Sequence record: PV946933.1 | Direction: 5' to 3' (one strand) | Source: a phage | Length of the DNA stretch: 64,000 nucleotides | Part shown: positions 7,478 to 16,895 of the stretch, one piece after another | How positions within the stretch are numbered: the first letter of the stretch is position 1 | How the letters are laid out: each line of letters begins with the position of its first letter | The notes under the pieces: generated by a model | Told to the model about the DNA's origin: nothing | Databases searched by the model: none | Seen by the model: the letters and a program-made list of their open reading frames with translations, nothing else | Made by a program: the position numbers and the translations under genes

Positions 7478-8487
7478 TGAAAACAGTAATGAAAAGCTAT
7501 TTCGGTAGTCATCTTTATGGAACTTCTACTCCAGAATCTGATGTAGATTTTAAAGAAATCTTTGTTCCTCCTGCTCGTGATATTCTTATCGGAAATGTTA
7601 AAGAGCATATGAGCAAAAACACTAACAACACATCATCTAAAAACACTAAAGATGATATTGACCATGAACTATACAGTCTTAAGTATTTCTTTAAATTAGC
7701 AGCAGATGGTGAAACCGTAGCATTGGATATGCTCCACACTCCACCTGAACTGGTAGTTAAATCTGATTTGCCTGATGTATGGAAGTTTATTCAAGACAAT
7801 CGTTCTCGTTTTTATACGACTAGCATGAAATCCTATTTAGGATATGTCCGCAAGCAAGCTTCTAAATATGGTGTTAAGGGTTCTCGTTTGGCCGCATTAC
7901 GTGATGTATTGAAAGTAGTTAATCAAATCCCCGATCAGTGGGTTGATTACCGAGAAGATGGAACACAAGGACAACGTCGTACTAAAGTTGAAGATATTAA
8001 GCATCGTCTTCCAGAGAACGAATTCTGCGAATGGGTATTCCATAATCATGAGAAAACAGGCCCGCAGACGTTCTATACTGTGTTGGGTCGTAAATATCAG
8101 ACTACACTTTCTCTTATTGAGCTTAAGCAGTCTTTGAATAAACTTGATGCTGAATATGGTGAACGTGCTCGTAAAGCTGAAGCGAATGAGGGTATTGACT
8201 GGAAAGCACTGAGTCATGCTTGCCGCGGTGGACTCCAATTGTTGGAAATTTACAAAACTGGTGACTTAGTCTATCCACTCCAAGACGCTCCATTTATTCT
8301 CGACGTGAAGCTGGGTAAACATCCATTTAAAACGGTTCAAGAGTTTTTGGAAGATGTGGTCGATCAAGTAGAAGCAGCATCAATTGAAGCTTCTAAGAAC
8401 GGTATGCAGCAAAAAGTAGACATGGGTTTCTGGGATGACTTCCTTGAGAGGGTGTATCTCGAAAACCACCGAAGTTATTATAAATGA
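7474..8487 (+). CDS. nucleotidyltransferase-fold protein (Pol-beta superfamily), 337 aa
   Basis: N-terminal motif FGSHLYGTSTPESDVDF (hG[GS]-x10-DxD) with a candidate third acidic residue in VALDMLH about 60 aa later; helical C-terminal domain. Confidence 0.55.
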   Translation: MMKTVMKSYFGSHLYGTSTPESDVDFKEIFVPPARDILIGNVKEHMSKNTNNTSSKNTKDDIDHELYSLKYFFKLAADGETVALDMLHTPPELVVKSDLPDVWKFIQDNRSRFYTTSMKSYLGYVRKQASKYGVKGSRLAALRDVLKVVNQIPDQWVDYREDGTQGQRRTKVEDIKHRLPENEFCEWVFHNHEKTGPQTFYTVLGRKYQTTLSLIELKQSLNKLDAEYGERARKAEANEGIDWKALSHACRGGLQLLEIYKTGDLVYPLQDAPFILDVKLGKHPFKTVQEFLEDVVDQVEAASIEASKNGMQQKVDMGFWDDFLERVYLENHRSYYK

Positions 8488-8489
8488 TA

Positions 8490-8514
8490 GGGAGCCTTCG
8501 GGCTCCCTTTTTTA
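8490..8514 (+). terminator. intrinsic terminator
   Basis: GGGAGCC-TTCG-GGCTCCC plus T6. Confidence 0.85.
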
Positions 8515-8520
8515 TTTCAA

Positions 8521-8604
8521 AAATTTTTCACAAAACGGTTTACAAGCATAAAGCTTTATGGTACTATACAACTATCAACTGATACAGATTTGGAGAATAA
8601 AATG
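8521..8604 (+). repeat. PeSL-like promoter-leader cassette, copy 1
   Basis: AAATTTTTCACAAAACGGTTTACA...TATGGTACTATACAACTATCAACTGATACAGATTTGGAGAATAAAATG; near-identical blocks at 34937-35025 and 63352-63436. Confidence 0.8.
8538..8567 (+). promoter_or_regulatory. T4-type early promoter (in PeSL copy 1)
   Basis: GTTTAC-N18-TACTAT. Confidence 0.7.
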
Positions 8605-9570
8605 AAAACTGTAACTATCAATAAGGGTATCTACTTCGGTAAAGAAATCTCTGGAACTTTTGAGCTCTTAGGCGAATGGTTCCCAGATAATGCTCCAGTA
8701 GATGCACAAGGAGATGGTAAAGTTTTTGTTGAAATTGACGGTAAACGTCGCGGTGTTTGGGTTTACAAATCAGATATTTCATATGATGGTGTAAAAGTTG
8801 AAGAAGTTAAAGAATCATATGAAGATATGAAAACCCGCATTAATAAAAGATTTAATGTTATGGGAATGATGACGAATGGTATTATTAATGGAAATATTCG
8901 TTCATTAATTATCTCTGGCGCAGCAGGTATTGGTAAAACGTATTCTTTAGATAAAGCTTTAAATAAAGCAAATGATAATGGATACATTGAATATAAAAGC
9001 ATTAATGGTAAAATCTCTGGTATTGGTCTTTATGAACAGCTTTGGAATAATCGTGAAGAGAATTCTGTGCTTTTGATTGATGATGTGGATGTTTTCTCTG
9101 ATATGGACATTCTTAATCTTCTGAAAGCTGCTCTGGACACTGGAGAGACCCGTAAAGTTTGCTGGAGCACTGCATCTTCTTACTTAGAAGAAAAAGGCAT
9201 TGACCGTGAGTTTGAATTTAAAGGAACGATTGTTTTTATCACAAACGTTGACATTGACCGCGAATTAGACCGTGGTACTAAACTTGCTCCACATTTACAA
9301 GCATTAGTGTCCCGCTCAGTTTATTTAGATTTGGGTGTTCACACTAATGAAGAAATTATGGTCAGGGTTGAAGATGTTATTCTTTCAACCGACATGATGC
9401 AAAAGCGCGGTCTTTCTGATGAAGAAACTTATAAAGCATTATCATGGATGAAAGTCAATGTTAATCGTTTACGCAATGTTTCACTGCGTACTGCTCTTTA
9501 TCTTGCTGACTTTATTATGACCGACAAAAACGGTTGGGAAGAAATTGCTGAGGTTACTCTTCTGAAATAA
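8602..9570 (+). CDS. AAA+/P-loop ATPase (322 aa from the ATG; track start 8590 is TTG)
   Basis: Walker A SGAAGIGKT, Walker B VLLIDDVD, sensor-like IVFITN; driven by conserved promoter-leader cassette. Confidence 0.6.
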   Translation: MKTVTINKGIYFGKEISGTFELLGEWFPDNAPVDAQGDGKVFVEIDGKRRGVWVYKSDISYDGVKVEEVKESYEDMKTRINKRFNVMGMMTNGIINGNIRSLIISGAAGIGKTYSLDKALNKANDNGYIEYKSINGKISGIGLYEQLWNNREENSVLLIDDVDVFSDMDILNLLKAALDTGETRKVCWSTASSYLEEKGIDREFEFKGTIVFITNVDIDRELDRGTKLAPHLQALVSRSVYLDLGVHTNEEIMVRVEDVILSTDMMQKRGLSDEETYKALSWMKVNVNRLRNVSLRTALYLADFIMTDKNGWEEIAEVTLLK

Positions 9571-9671
9571 TTCATAAGAGGACTTCTATGACAAAAAGGC
9601 AGTTCAGAAATAGATTATATGGACTGCCATCAAAAAGATGACTAGAATTAAACTGGTAAATGGAGGTAGTG

Positions 9672-9974
9672 ATGTTATACTCAAAGGCTCGTGAAATTTA
9701 CGAAACTAAGATTAAAGAAGCTGTATTTCAATTCGCAACGACAATGCGATGGACAAATGACTGGGAGTATTCAAAAAATCATAAGAAGCCCATGGTGACA
9801 AGAAAGGCTCATATGTTAGTGTTAATAGACCGTGAGCAGATTAAAGCCCGAGAAGCCCTCCAGAATCATAAAAAGGCTGCCTTTGAATGGTTTATGGATA
9901 ACACTGCTCCTGAGACTAAGAAAGCGGTAAGCGCATGGTTCAGTGGAAAAAATTGTGAAAGAAGTTTCTTTTAG
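9672..9974 (+). CDS. hypothetical protein (100 aa) downstream of AAA+ ATPase
   Basis: RBS GGAGG 5 nt before ATG 9672. Confidence 0.45.
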   Translation: MLYSKAREIYETKIKEAVFQFATTMRWTNDWEYSKNHKKPMVTRKAHMLVLIDREQIKAREALQNHKKAAFEWFMDNTAPETKKAVSAWFSGKNCERSFF

Positions 9975-10037
9975 TGGTTTACAAGACTGTTCCTCTGTGG
10001 TACTATACAACTATCAACTACGGAGGAACACAAAATG
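9966..10037 (+). repeat. PeSL-like cassette, partial copy 5
   Basis: GTTTACAAG...TGTGGTACTATACAACTATCAACTACGGAGGAAC then ATG. Confidence 0.6.
9976..10005 (+). promoter_or_regulatory. T4-type early promoter
   Basis: GTTTAC-N18-TACTAT; inverted repeat TGTTCCTC 9987-9994 / GAGGAACA 10022-10029 includes RBS. Confidence 0.65.
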
Positions 10038-10562
10038 AACGCTAAAGATATTTTCAACTTGGTAAATTACAACGATGGTAAATTTAAATCTGAAGCACAA
10101 AGTAAGTTCTTTAATGACATCTCAATCGGAGGTGAAATCACAGTTGATGGAGGACAAATTTACAAATCCCGCTGGAATTGGATCGTTATTATTGATGAGA
10201 TCGGTATTGTAGAAATTTACAAGAATACGAATAAAAATCGTACATTACACTGGTCTCGTGATACTAACGAACAGTACAAAAAGGATAAAGCATCTAAATT
10301 ATCTCGTGTAACTCAAGAAGATATTGAGTTCATCAAGAAAGATATTTTAATGTATGATAATTTAATTGCTGAAGAGCAAGCTGTTATTGATAAATTTGAT
10401 GAGATTAAAGCTTCTCGTGAAATTCCTGATTTTATGAAAGAATCAGTAAATGAACGATACACTCTCATTTCAGAGCGTATTGAAACTTACAAAAAGCAAA
10501 GAGCTGAACGCCAAAATACTCTTCGGAAGTTTGAAGAACGGTTAAAGACGGTACTCGCATAA
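10035..10562 (+). CDS. hypothetical protein with C-terminal coiled coil (175 aa)
   Basis: Early promoter 9976-10005 and RBS GGAGG; heptad-like C-terminus. Confidence 0.5.
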   Translation: MNAKDIFNLVNYNDGKFKSEAQSKFFNDISIGGEITVDGGQIYKSRWNWIVIIDEIGIVEIYKNTNKNRTLHWSRDTNEQYKKDKASKLSRVTQEDIEFIKKDILMYDNLIAEEQAVIDKFDEIKASREIPDFMKESVNERYTLISERIETYKKQRAERQNTLRKFEERLKTVLA

Positions 10563-10617
10563 CCGCTTTATACCAAGGATGGTATAATAGTTCTAAGCCC
10601 TTTTAATTGAGATTATT

Positions 10618-11019
10618 ATGAAACGGTTGATAATTAAAAGATTGAATTTATTGATATGTTGTTTATGTGTAGTAGTTGCATACGGTTATTACGCAATTAA
10701 TGATTATATGCATTATAAAGATTATGATGTTACTGTAGTTAATACTATTACAGGAACACAAGGAAAGGGGTCTAGTTTATCGTTTATTGCTGTATATGAA
10801 CTCAAAGACGGTTATAGATTTAGTGAATATATTTCCCCAGAGATGTATTCTTCAATAGAAAAAGGTGATAATATTACTGTAAGTTTACGTCCTTTCGACG
10901 TAAAACAGACATGGTTTGATAATATTGTTTGGTTCTTTGGAATGGCATTAGTTCAATCTATATGTGGTACTTATATAGTCTGTTCAATCTTATTCCACGT
11001 AATTAGTAAAATTGAGTGA
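10618..11019 (+). CDS. membrane protein, two TM helices (133 aa)
   Basis: N- and C-terminal hydrophobic segments. Confidence 0.5.
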   Translation: MKRLIIKRLNLLICCLCVVVAYGYYAINDYMHYKDYDVTVVNTITGTQGKGSSLSFIAVYELKDGYRFSEYISPEMYSSIEKGDNITVSLRPFDVKQTWFDNIVWFFGMALVQSICGTYIVCSILFHVISKIE

Positions 11020-11082
11020 GGAAAATATGTCAGTAGTAATTAATAATGTCAATGCAGTAATTAAATCTTTAGTTAATAAAAA

Positions 11083-11916
11083 ATGATGAATGAATGGACT
11101 GTATTTCGTCGTGGAGAGCCAGATAAATTTTTTCATAGATTTAACCCAACTTTGGATTTGAATGTTATTGACAGAGATGTTCATGCCGAAATTTTAGATA
11201 AGTTTAAAGTTGATATTGGCTTTGGATTAGAAAAACATTTACAGCGAACAAGCGGATCTGGAATGAGTTTATCTAATCGCATTATGAAAGCCCTTAATAA
11301 AATTGGAGCGTTGTCTCGCATTAATGCGAGTGAAATCCTTCGTAATTATAATAAAGGATATGACCTTTATGGTCGACTAATGCCGAAGTTATCATTTGAC
11401 CAAATGATTGCAGATTTGTGGGAAAATCAGCGACGATTATTAGCATTAGGCGCTCGATTAGCTAAAGGTCTAGATAAACAAATGATTTTTAAGACCAATA
11501 ATACAGAAGACCTTAAATGCTTTAAATTTAGTATTCGTGGAGATGATTATTACATCAGAGCTCACTCTACAGATTATGTTAATATGGGGCATCATCTCTG
11601 TTTAGCTTTTGAAGTTTTAAAAGAAGCTGGAACGTTAGAATATTCATCTGGTGCTAAATGCCCGATTGGTTCAAATTGTATTTTGATTTATCGCCCGGAT
11701 GAATCCAGTTCAACTAAATTGCCTACGAAACCTGTACCAGTTCGTAGTAATGAAAAACATTCTGAACAAATTGATTATTTTAATAAGCAAATTGAAGAGC
11801 TGAATATTTCTATTCAACAGTATGACGATGAAATTTTCAGACTATCTGGATTGAGTAGTAAAGCTAAATCTGAGCGTGAAAAGTTAATTAAAATTGTTGA
11901 TTTACTTAAATCTTAA
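11083..11916 (+). CDS. paralog family member 1: variable N-domain plus C-terminal coiled coil (277 aa)
   Basis: C-terminal coiled coil; internal motif ALSRINASEILRNY resembles the motif in the next three ORFs. Confidence 0.5.
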   Translation: MMNEWTVFRRGEPDKFFHRFNPTLDLNVIDRDVHAEILDKFKVDIGFGLEKHLQRTSGSGMSLSNRIMKALNKIGALSRINASEILRNYNKGYDLYGRLMPKLSFDQMIADLWENQRRLLALGARLAKGLDKQMIFKTNNTEDLKCFKFSIRGDDYYIRAHSTDYVNMGHHLCLAFEVLKEAGTLEYSSGAKCPIGSNCILIYRPDESSSTKLPTKPVPVRSNEKHSEQIDYFNKQIEELNISIQQYDDEIFRLSGLSSKAKSEREKLIKIVDLLKS

Positions 11917-11924
11917 GGAACACC

Positions 11925-12953
11925 ATGAAAACTCGTTCTCAAATTGAAGATATGGTTCGTACTGCCAGTGATACTCGTAATGTTATGACATTTTTGTGTG
12001 AAAATAATTTAGACCCTGATAAAGTTAATCGTGCTATTCATCACTTTAAATATCTGAACAGCAGCGAATGGGTGCGTAATTTTAGCGAAGCGGGGTATAT
12101 TACACAAATGACGGCTCGTGAGCAGCTCACCGATTTCTGTAAAACTATTGATTATAAAAATCCTCTATTTGTTCAAGGCGTTGGTCAAAGTAAGGTCGAT
12201 TTATCATCTGGATTTTTCAATCCAAATCATTATCGTATTGAATGGAGATTTATTGCTCTGTTCCGTAGACAATTAAAGCAAATTTTATCAACTGCGAGTC
12301 GATTAAAAGGTTCTGATATTAACTTAAAGAATCTGAAATTTGATGGTTATACTCTTCAGATGGAAGTAAGACCATTAAAAGAAAATAATAGAACTGCACG
12401 AATTAGCTTTAAACCTAATACAAAAAATTCTCTTTCAATTTGCGAATGCCTTAAATCGCAGTTGACAGAAGCATTTAAGTATATGGATGTTGTTGCCGCT
12501 GTTCAGTCTAAGATTTTACCTCGTTTTGAGCGATTTAAATTAGACACAACAACATATGAACTTGATATGATCGTTTCATTTAAATACGATTTTTTGAGAA
12601 AGGACGAAGTCCCGCAAGAGAAAAAGCAGGAAGTGCAAGATAACTTAAATTTAAATTTATCCAATTACTCATCAAACGATCCTAAATTTTGGATGTATAG
12701 CTCAGGTAATGAAGATGCATGGAAATTCAATAAAGTGAATTTTCTTCCTGTTGAAAATCCGAGTCTTAAACCTGTTGAAAAATGGCATGCAGATGCGATT
12801 GAGAAGTCTCTTAAAGCAGTAGATGATGAACTCGTTAAAGCAACTAATGAAATGTTAGAAGTTGAAAAGGCGCTAGAAAAAGCTCAAGAAAAAGTCAAAA
12901 ATCTCACGAAGCAACGTTCTAAACTGAACAATGCACTAAATGCACTGAACTAG
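11925..12953 (+). CDS. paralog family member 2 (342 aa)
   Basis: N-terminus MKTRSQIEDM; motif TAREQLTDFCK; C-terminal coiled coil. Confidence 0.55.
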   Translation: MKTRSQIEDMVRTASDTRNVMTFLCENNLDPDKVNRAIHHFKYLNSSEWVRNFSEAGYITQMTAREQLTDFCKTIDYKNPLFVQGVGQSKVDLSSGFFNPNHYRIEWRFIALFRRQLKQILSTASRLKGSDINLKNLKFDGYTLQMEVRPLKENNRTARISFKPNTKNSLSICECLKSQLTEAFKYMDVVAAVQSKILPRFERFKLDTTTYELDMIVSFKYDFLRKDEVPQEKKQEVQDNLNLNLSNYSSNDPKFWMYSSGNEDAWKFNKVNFLPVENPSLKPVEKWHADAIEKSLKAVDDELVKATNEMLEVEKALEKAQEKVKNLTKQRSKLNNALNALN

Positions 12954-12982
12954 TTTACTTTGCCACAAGGATGTGGTATAAT
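12953..12982 (+). promoter_or_regulatory. T4-type early promoter
   Basis: GTTTACTTTGCCACAAGGATGTGGTATAAT; same core as 59090-59119. Confidence 0.7.
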
Positions 12983-13010
12983 GTTCTTACTTTCTACTGA
13001 GGAGATTAAT

Positions 13011-14012
13011 ATGACTCGTAACGAATATATCAAATCATTCAATAGCGTTATTGATGATAAAGCTATACCGATGTTTGGTCAAAATAGCGTTATTTCTATT
13101 ATCAATCAATGGCTCAATAGTGTTGACGCAAGTATTGTTTCTTCTGTTAAATTTATTCATGAAATTCGTAAAATTTCTAGCCGTGTAGATAAAGATGTTA
13201 TCAAGAAAACCTTTAAAGAGTCTCGTCTTCTTTCATATTTGGTTAATCGGGATATTCTTGGTAATTTTGGGAAAGAAATTAAACGAACCAAAGATGTAGT
13301 AGGATATAATTGGTTCGGTGATGTTAATTCTTATCATCTTAATAATAAAGAAGACCCTGAGAATATTTTTACTCGTCGTTGGATTAGTAATTTCAGGCTT
13401 TTCAAAGGACAGATTCTAAAATCAGCTTCTAAATTATGTTATGGCGATTATCGTCAAATTCATCCTTTGGCTTCTGATATGATCATCATAAAAGAATATG
13501 AACTTGATAAAAATAAAGTAGCTATTTTTGTGAATTATGGATTTTTTACACCAGAAACTAACCAAAAGAACATTAATAAATTTTTCTCAATTGCTAGCAC
13601 TATAACTCGTCAATTAGAAACCGCATTACTTTGTATGGAAACAGTAGAAAATATTCATACGTATCCTTTTAAGAATATATGCGGTTGGGAAGGATATAAA
13701 ATTGTAGTTAGTCTTCGTGAAGTGAAATGTGCTTATTCATTAACTGATAAAGAAATTTATCAACAAAAATGTGAGGAAATTGTGAATACTCCTAAAGAAG
13801 AAACTACACTTGAGGAACTAATGGATAATCTTGACGATTCGCCTGAACCAGTAGAAATTCGTCCAGAAGTTATTGCACTAGAAAAAGCTTATAAAGAAGC
13901 TCTAGAAATTTCTAATAAAGCGCAGAAAGAATATGAGCAGGCTAAAAGGATTTGGGAAGAATCTGTTAATCGTCTGGATCGTCTTGAACAAGCTTTACAG
14001 TTAATTAAGTAA
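13011..14012 (+). CDS. paralog family member 3 (333 aa; track start 12960 overlaps its own promoter)
   Basis: Early promoter 12953-12982; N-terminus MTRNEYIKSF; motif KESRLLSYLVNRDILGNFGK; C-terminal coiled coil. Confidence 0.55.
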   Translation: MTRNEYIKSFNSVIDDKAIPMFGQNSVISIINQWLNSVDASIVSSVKFIHEIRKISSRVDKDVIKKTFKESRLLSYLVNRDILGNFGKEIKRTKDVVGYNWFGDVNSYHLNNKEDPENIFTRRWISNFRLFKGQILKSASKLCYGDYRQIHPLASDMIIIKEYELDKNKVAIFVNYGFFTPETNQKNINKFFSIASTITRQLETALLCMETVENIHTYPFKNICGWEGYKIVVSLREVKCAYSLTDKEIYQQKCEEIVNTPKEETTLEELMDNLDDSPEPVEIRPEVIALEKAYKEALEISNKAQKEYEQAKRIWEESVNRLDRLEQALQLIK

Positions 14013-14064
14013 TTTAAAGCCAAGGATGGCTCGGAGTATAAATCATTAACCAAGTGAGAAGAAC

Positions 14065-14994
14065 ATGAAAACTCGTAAACATTATATTGATTATTTTGAC
14101 AGTCTTATTACTAAACATCGTAATTATCAGATCGGACACAGAGCAGTAATCAATAATATTCTTCGTGATTTCCTTCAATATGTTGGCCAGGAAAATCATA
14201 TCTGTAAAGATACTCAAAACGCCTATTCTCATTCATTAGGCAATTTGCTTCAATGGTTTAAACGTTCTCGTCTGTTATCTTCTACTGTAGCTCGTGATAA
14301 CATTGAAAACTTTATGAAGCCGAGCTTCATTAAATCTACGACATCTATAACCGATTTGGTTGAATTTACTATTGTTAACGATGTTAAAAAGACCCATTTG
14401 GCTGATTGGTTATCTACCATTCCTGAAACTAAATTTGCTGATAAATTCGCCTGTCAATTCAATGACCAAGTGAATATGCTTTTTAAGCATGCTCGCAAAC
14501 TGTTTACCGCGGGTGATGACCGTACAAATACAGTTCATGTTAAGGACTGGGTTATTGCTGATGAAGTAACACACAAGCCAGGTGGTTCATCAGTATTAAT
14601 TAATATCCAGGTTCCTTATTATTACTCACGTAATCTCGGCACCATGACAGCTAGAGAAATTAATAAGCACAACAAAACTATTCGTTCGTTGTCTTATAAA
14701 CTCCGCATGATGCTAAAAATTATGGATGTAGTGGAAATGTATGATGAAACCGAAGATAATGGTTCAATGCTGTACAGTTCACGCATTCTAATTAAACTGA
14801 AGAACCCTAATACGTATAAGCCAGTTGTAAAAGAACCTAAAGTAGAAAAGGTTGATAACTTGAGCGAAGAACGTGAATATCTCAATGCTCGTTTGATTGA
14901 AGTTGAAGCCCAGATTGCCGAACACACTAAATTGTTAAAAGCTCTTAATGCAAAAGCAAATGGTTTACGTAATGCTATTGAGGTATTGAAATGA
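14065..14994 (+). CDS. paralog family member 4 (309 aa)
   Basis: N-terminus MKTRKHYIDY; motif KRSRLLSSTVARDNIENFMK; C-terminal coiled coil. Confidence 0.55.
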   Translation: MKTRKHYIDYFDSLITKHRNYQIGHRAVINNILRDFLQYVGQENHICKDTQNAYSHSLGNLLQWFKRSRLLSSTVARDNIENFMKPSFIKSTTSITDLVEFTIVNDVKKTHLADWLSTIPETKFADKFACQFNDQVNMLFKHARKLFTAGDDRTNTVHVKDWVIADEVTHKPGGSSVLINIQVPYYYSRNLGTMTAREINKHNKTIRSLSYKLRMMLKIMDVVEMYDETEDNGSMLYSSRILIKLKNPNTYKPVVKEPKVEKVDNLSEEREYLNARLIEVEAQIAEHTKLLKALNAKANGLRNAIEVLK

Positions 14995-15308
14995 AAAAGC
15001 GCTTATTAGAAGATATTGCAGCTTCAAGTAATTCCAGTCTAATTAAAATTATTATGGCTGGTGAAGAAGACGATCTAGAAATGCGTGGAAAGATTCATGG
15101 TTGTGACGATCTAGACTTTAAACCTCCTGCTTGGGATGCCATTATGGCTATGGTTGAACGTCGCGAAAGGGCTTCTAAAAACGTTCCTAATTGTCCTGAA
15201 TGCGGTACTGAACAGGTTCAATTAGTCCATTGGCAGACTAGTAATCTTCGTTATAAATGCCGTCATTGCAAACACCGATTTAACCGAGAAGAAAATGACA
15301 AAGCGTAA
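14991..15308 (+). CDS. zinc-ribbon protein (105 aa)
   Basis: CPECG-x17-CRHC four-cysteine ribbon. Confidence 0.5.
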
Positions 15309-15537
15309 AGAATATATGGAGACTGCTGAAAAGGCAGTCCGTGAATTAGCAATAGCGTATTATAATGAACACGGTAAATTTCCTGATAGATATAGCGTGC
15401 TTAAATCTGCTTTAACTCGTTCATATAAAAATATGCTATCAGAAGTAAGTGATATTATATACAAACATAAAGAACAAACGGGCCAAAGTCTTGATTACGA
15501 CGAGACTTTTAAACAAGTACTAGGAATTAAGGAATAA
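15295..15537 (+). CDS. hypothetical protein (80 aa)
   Basis: ORF immediately upstream of nrdC. Confidence 0.4.
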
Positions 15538-15538
15538 C

Positions 15539-15802
15539 ATGTTTAAAGTATATGGTTATGATAGCAACATCCACAAATGCGTGTATTGCGATAATGCAAA
15601 ACGTCTCTTGACTGTGAAGAAACAGCCGTTTGAATTTATCAACATTATGCCAGAAAAAGGTGTTTTTGATGATGAGAAAATCGCTGAGCTTCTGACTAAA
15701 CTGGGTCGTGATACTCAAATTGGTTTGACGATGCCTCAGGTATTTGCTCCTGATGGAAGTCATATTGGTGGATTTGACCAATTGCGGGAATACTTTAAAT
15801 GA
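15539..15802 (+). CDS. nrdC: phage glutaredoxin/thioredoxin NrdC
   Basis: 87 aa; active site CVYC; sequence recalled as T4 NrdC. Confidence 0.9.
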   Translation: MFKVYGYDSNIHKCVYCDNAKRLLTVKKQPFEFINIMPEKGVFDDEKIAELLTKLGRDTQIGLTMPQVFAPDGSHIGGFDQLREYFK

Positions 15803-16014
15803 TGCTTGAAGGAACTGATTATATCCATGACTACCGCGGAAGCGCGGTATATGTAGGTGATGAGGTTGCAGTTTATTACGGGTATGGAACTTTGATGACA
15901 GCAAATGTTATTCAAATTAAAAATGGCCGCGCTAAACTCGAAGTTTATTATTCTAACGGTGAAAAGTCTATTTCTAAATGGAAATATGGCGATTGTATGG
16001 TCAAACTGGGGTAA
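15799..16014 (+). CDS. hypothetical small protein (71 aa)
   Basis: ORF. Confidence 0.4.
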   Translation: MMLEGTDYIHDYRGSAVYVGDEVAVYYGYGTLMTANVIQIKNGRAKLEVYYSNGEKSISKWKYGDCMVKLG

Positions 16015-16016
16015 AT

Positions 16017-16325
16017 ATGATTTACGATGTTGATGCAGTTCTGAGTGAAATCATTGAAGACCATGATGCATTTTCAGAAAACTATGATTTCGATTTTTCC
16101 GATTATCTTAAACCTATCGAAATAGAAGACTGGGTGCAAGACGGCAAATGTCAATATCGGCAGTGTGTTTATTTTAGCCCAAAACATAATGTACATGTTT
16201 CCGTAAATGAATGCCGTTCAGGTTCTTACCATTCTGACTGGTATTATGCAGTTCCGACTGTTGAACTAGTCGAGCCCCGTGAACGTGTAGTAACTCAGAC
16301 AATACGAGAATGGATTACGCTATAA
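16017..16325 (+). CDS. hypothetical acidic protein (102 aa from internal ATG)
   Basis: ORF. Confidence 0.4.
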   Translation: MIYDVDAVLSEIIEDHDAFSENYDFDFSDYLKPIEIEDWVQDGKCQYRQCVYFSPKHNVHVSVNECRSGSYHSDWYYAVPTVELVEPRERVVTQTIREWITL

Positions 16326-16448
16326 AACCTTGGTGGGCGGCTAGATGGGAAACAGTAGAGCCAGAGCCGGAAGAACCGGTTTACACTGATGAAGAAACAG
16401 TATATAATGAACCTACAATAAATGACTTAATTGATATGGAGATGGGAC

Positions 16449-16895
16449 ATGATTACAGTAGATAAGTGGTTTAGAATTAATCGTGCTGATAAAGGGCTGT
16501 GTAATTATTGGTCGGAACTTAGTGCAGGTACTGTCTTTAAAGTTCGTGAACTTGCAAAAGAATGCGAAGATGACATAGAACCTGATACTGGAATTATTGA
16601 AATTGAACTTTCTGACGGAAAGGTTATTAATATCTACGATAAGCCAATTACGTATTGGTGCTTGTGGAATACTGAATCAGTAGAAAATGGCGAAATTGAA
16701 GAAGTTGTAGAACGAGTTGATCAAGCTATTCATAAACCTAAAGCCGCTTTTCAAGGTGAACGCATTTCATATGCATTAGCTAAATTAGCTGCACAAGAAA
16801 ATAACGATGGTTATGAAGGAAATTTGATGCAAGCTGCGGCAGAATATATTGAATGGCTTGAAACTCAAATTTCTTTTTCTGACCGAGCGTTTTAA
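16449..16895 (+). CDS. hypothetical protein (148 aa); position compatible with a pin/49.x-type gene
   Basis: ORF with RBS. Confidence 0.4.
   Translation: MITVDKWFRINRADKGLCNYWSELSAGTVFKVRELAKECEDDIEPDTGIIEIELSDGKVINIYDKPITYWCLWNTESVENGEIEEVVERVDQAIHKPKAAFQGERISYALAKLAAQENNDGYEGNLMQAAAEYIEWLETQISFSDRAF

Noticed and set aside
12960-13010. N-terminal extension of the ORF-track CDS 12960-14012 (MPQGCGIMFLLSTEEIN)
   Set aside because: It overlaps the early promoter and leader; the real start is ATG 13011, which matches the paralogs' MKTR/MTR N-terminus. The same applies to track starts at 8590, 35011, 55408 and 63335, which read through promoter cassettes from TTG or upstream ATG.
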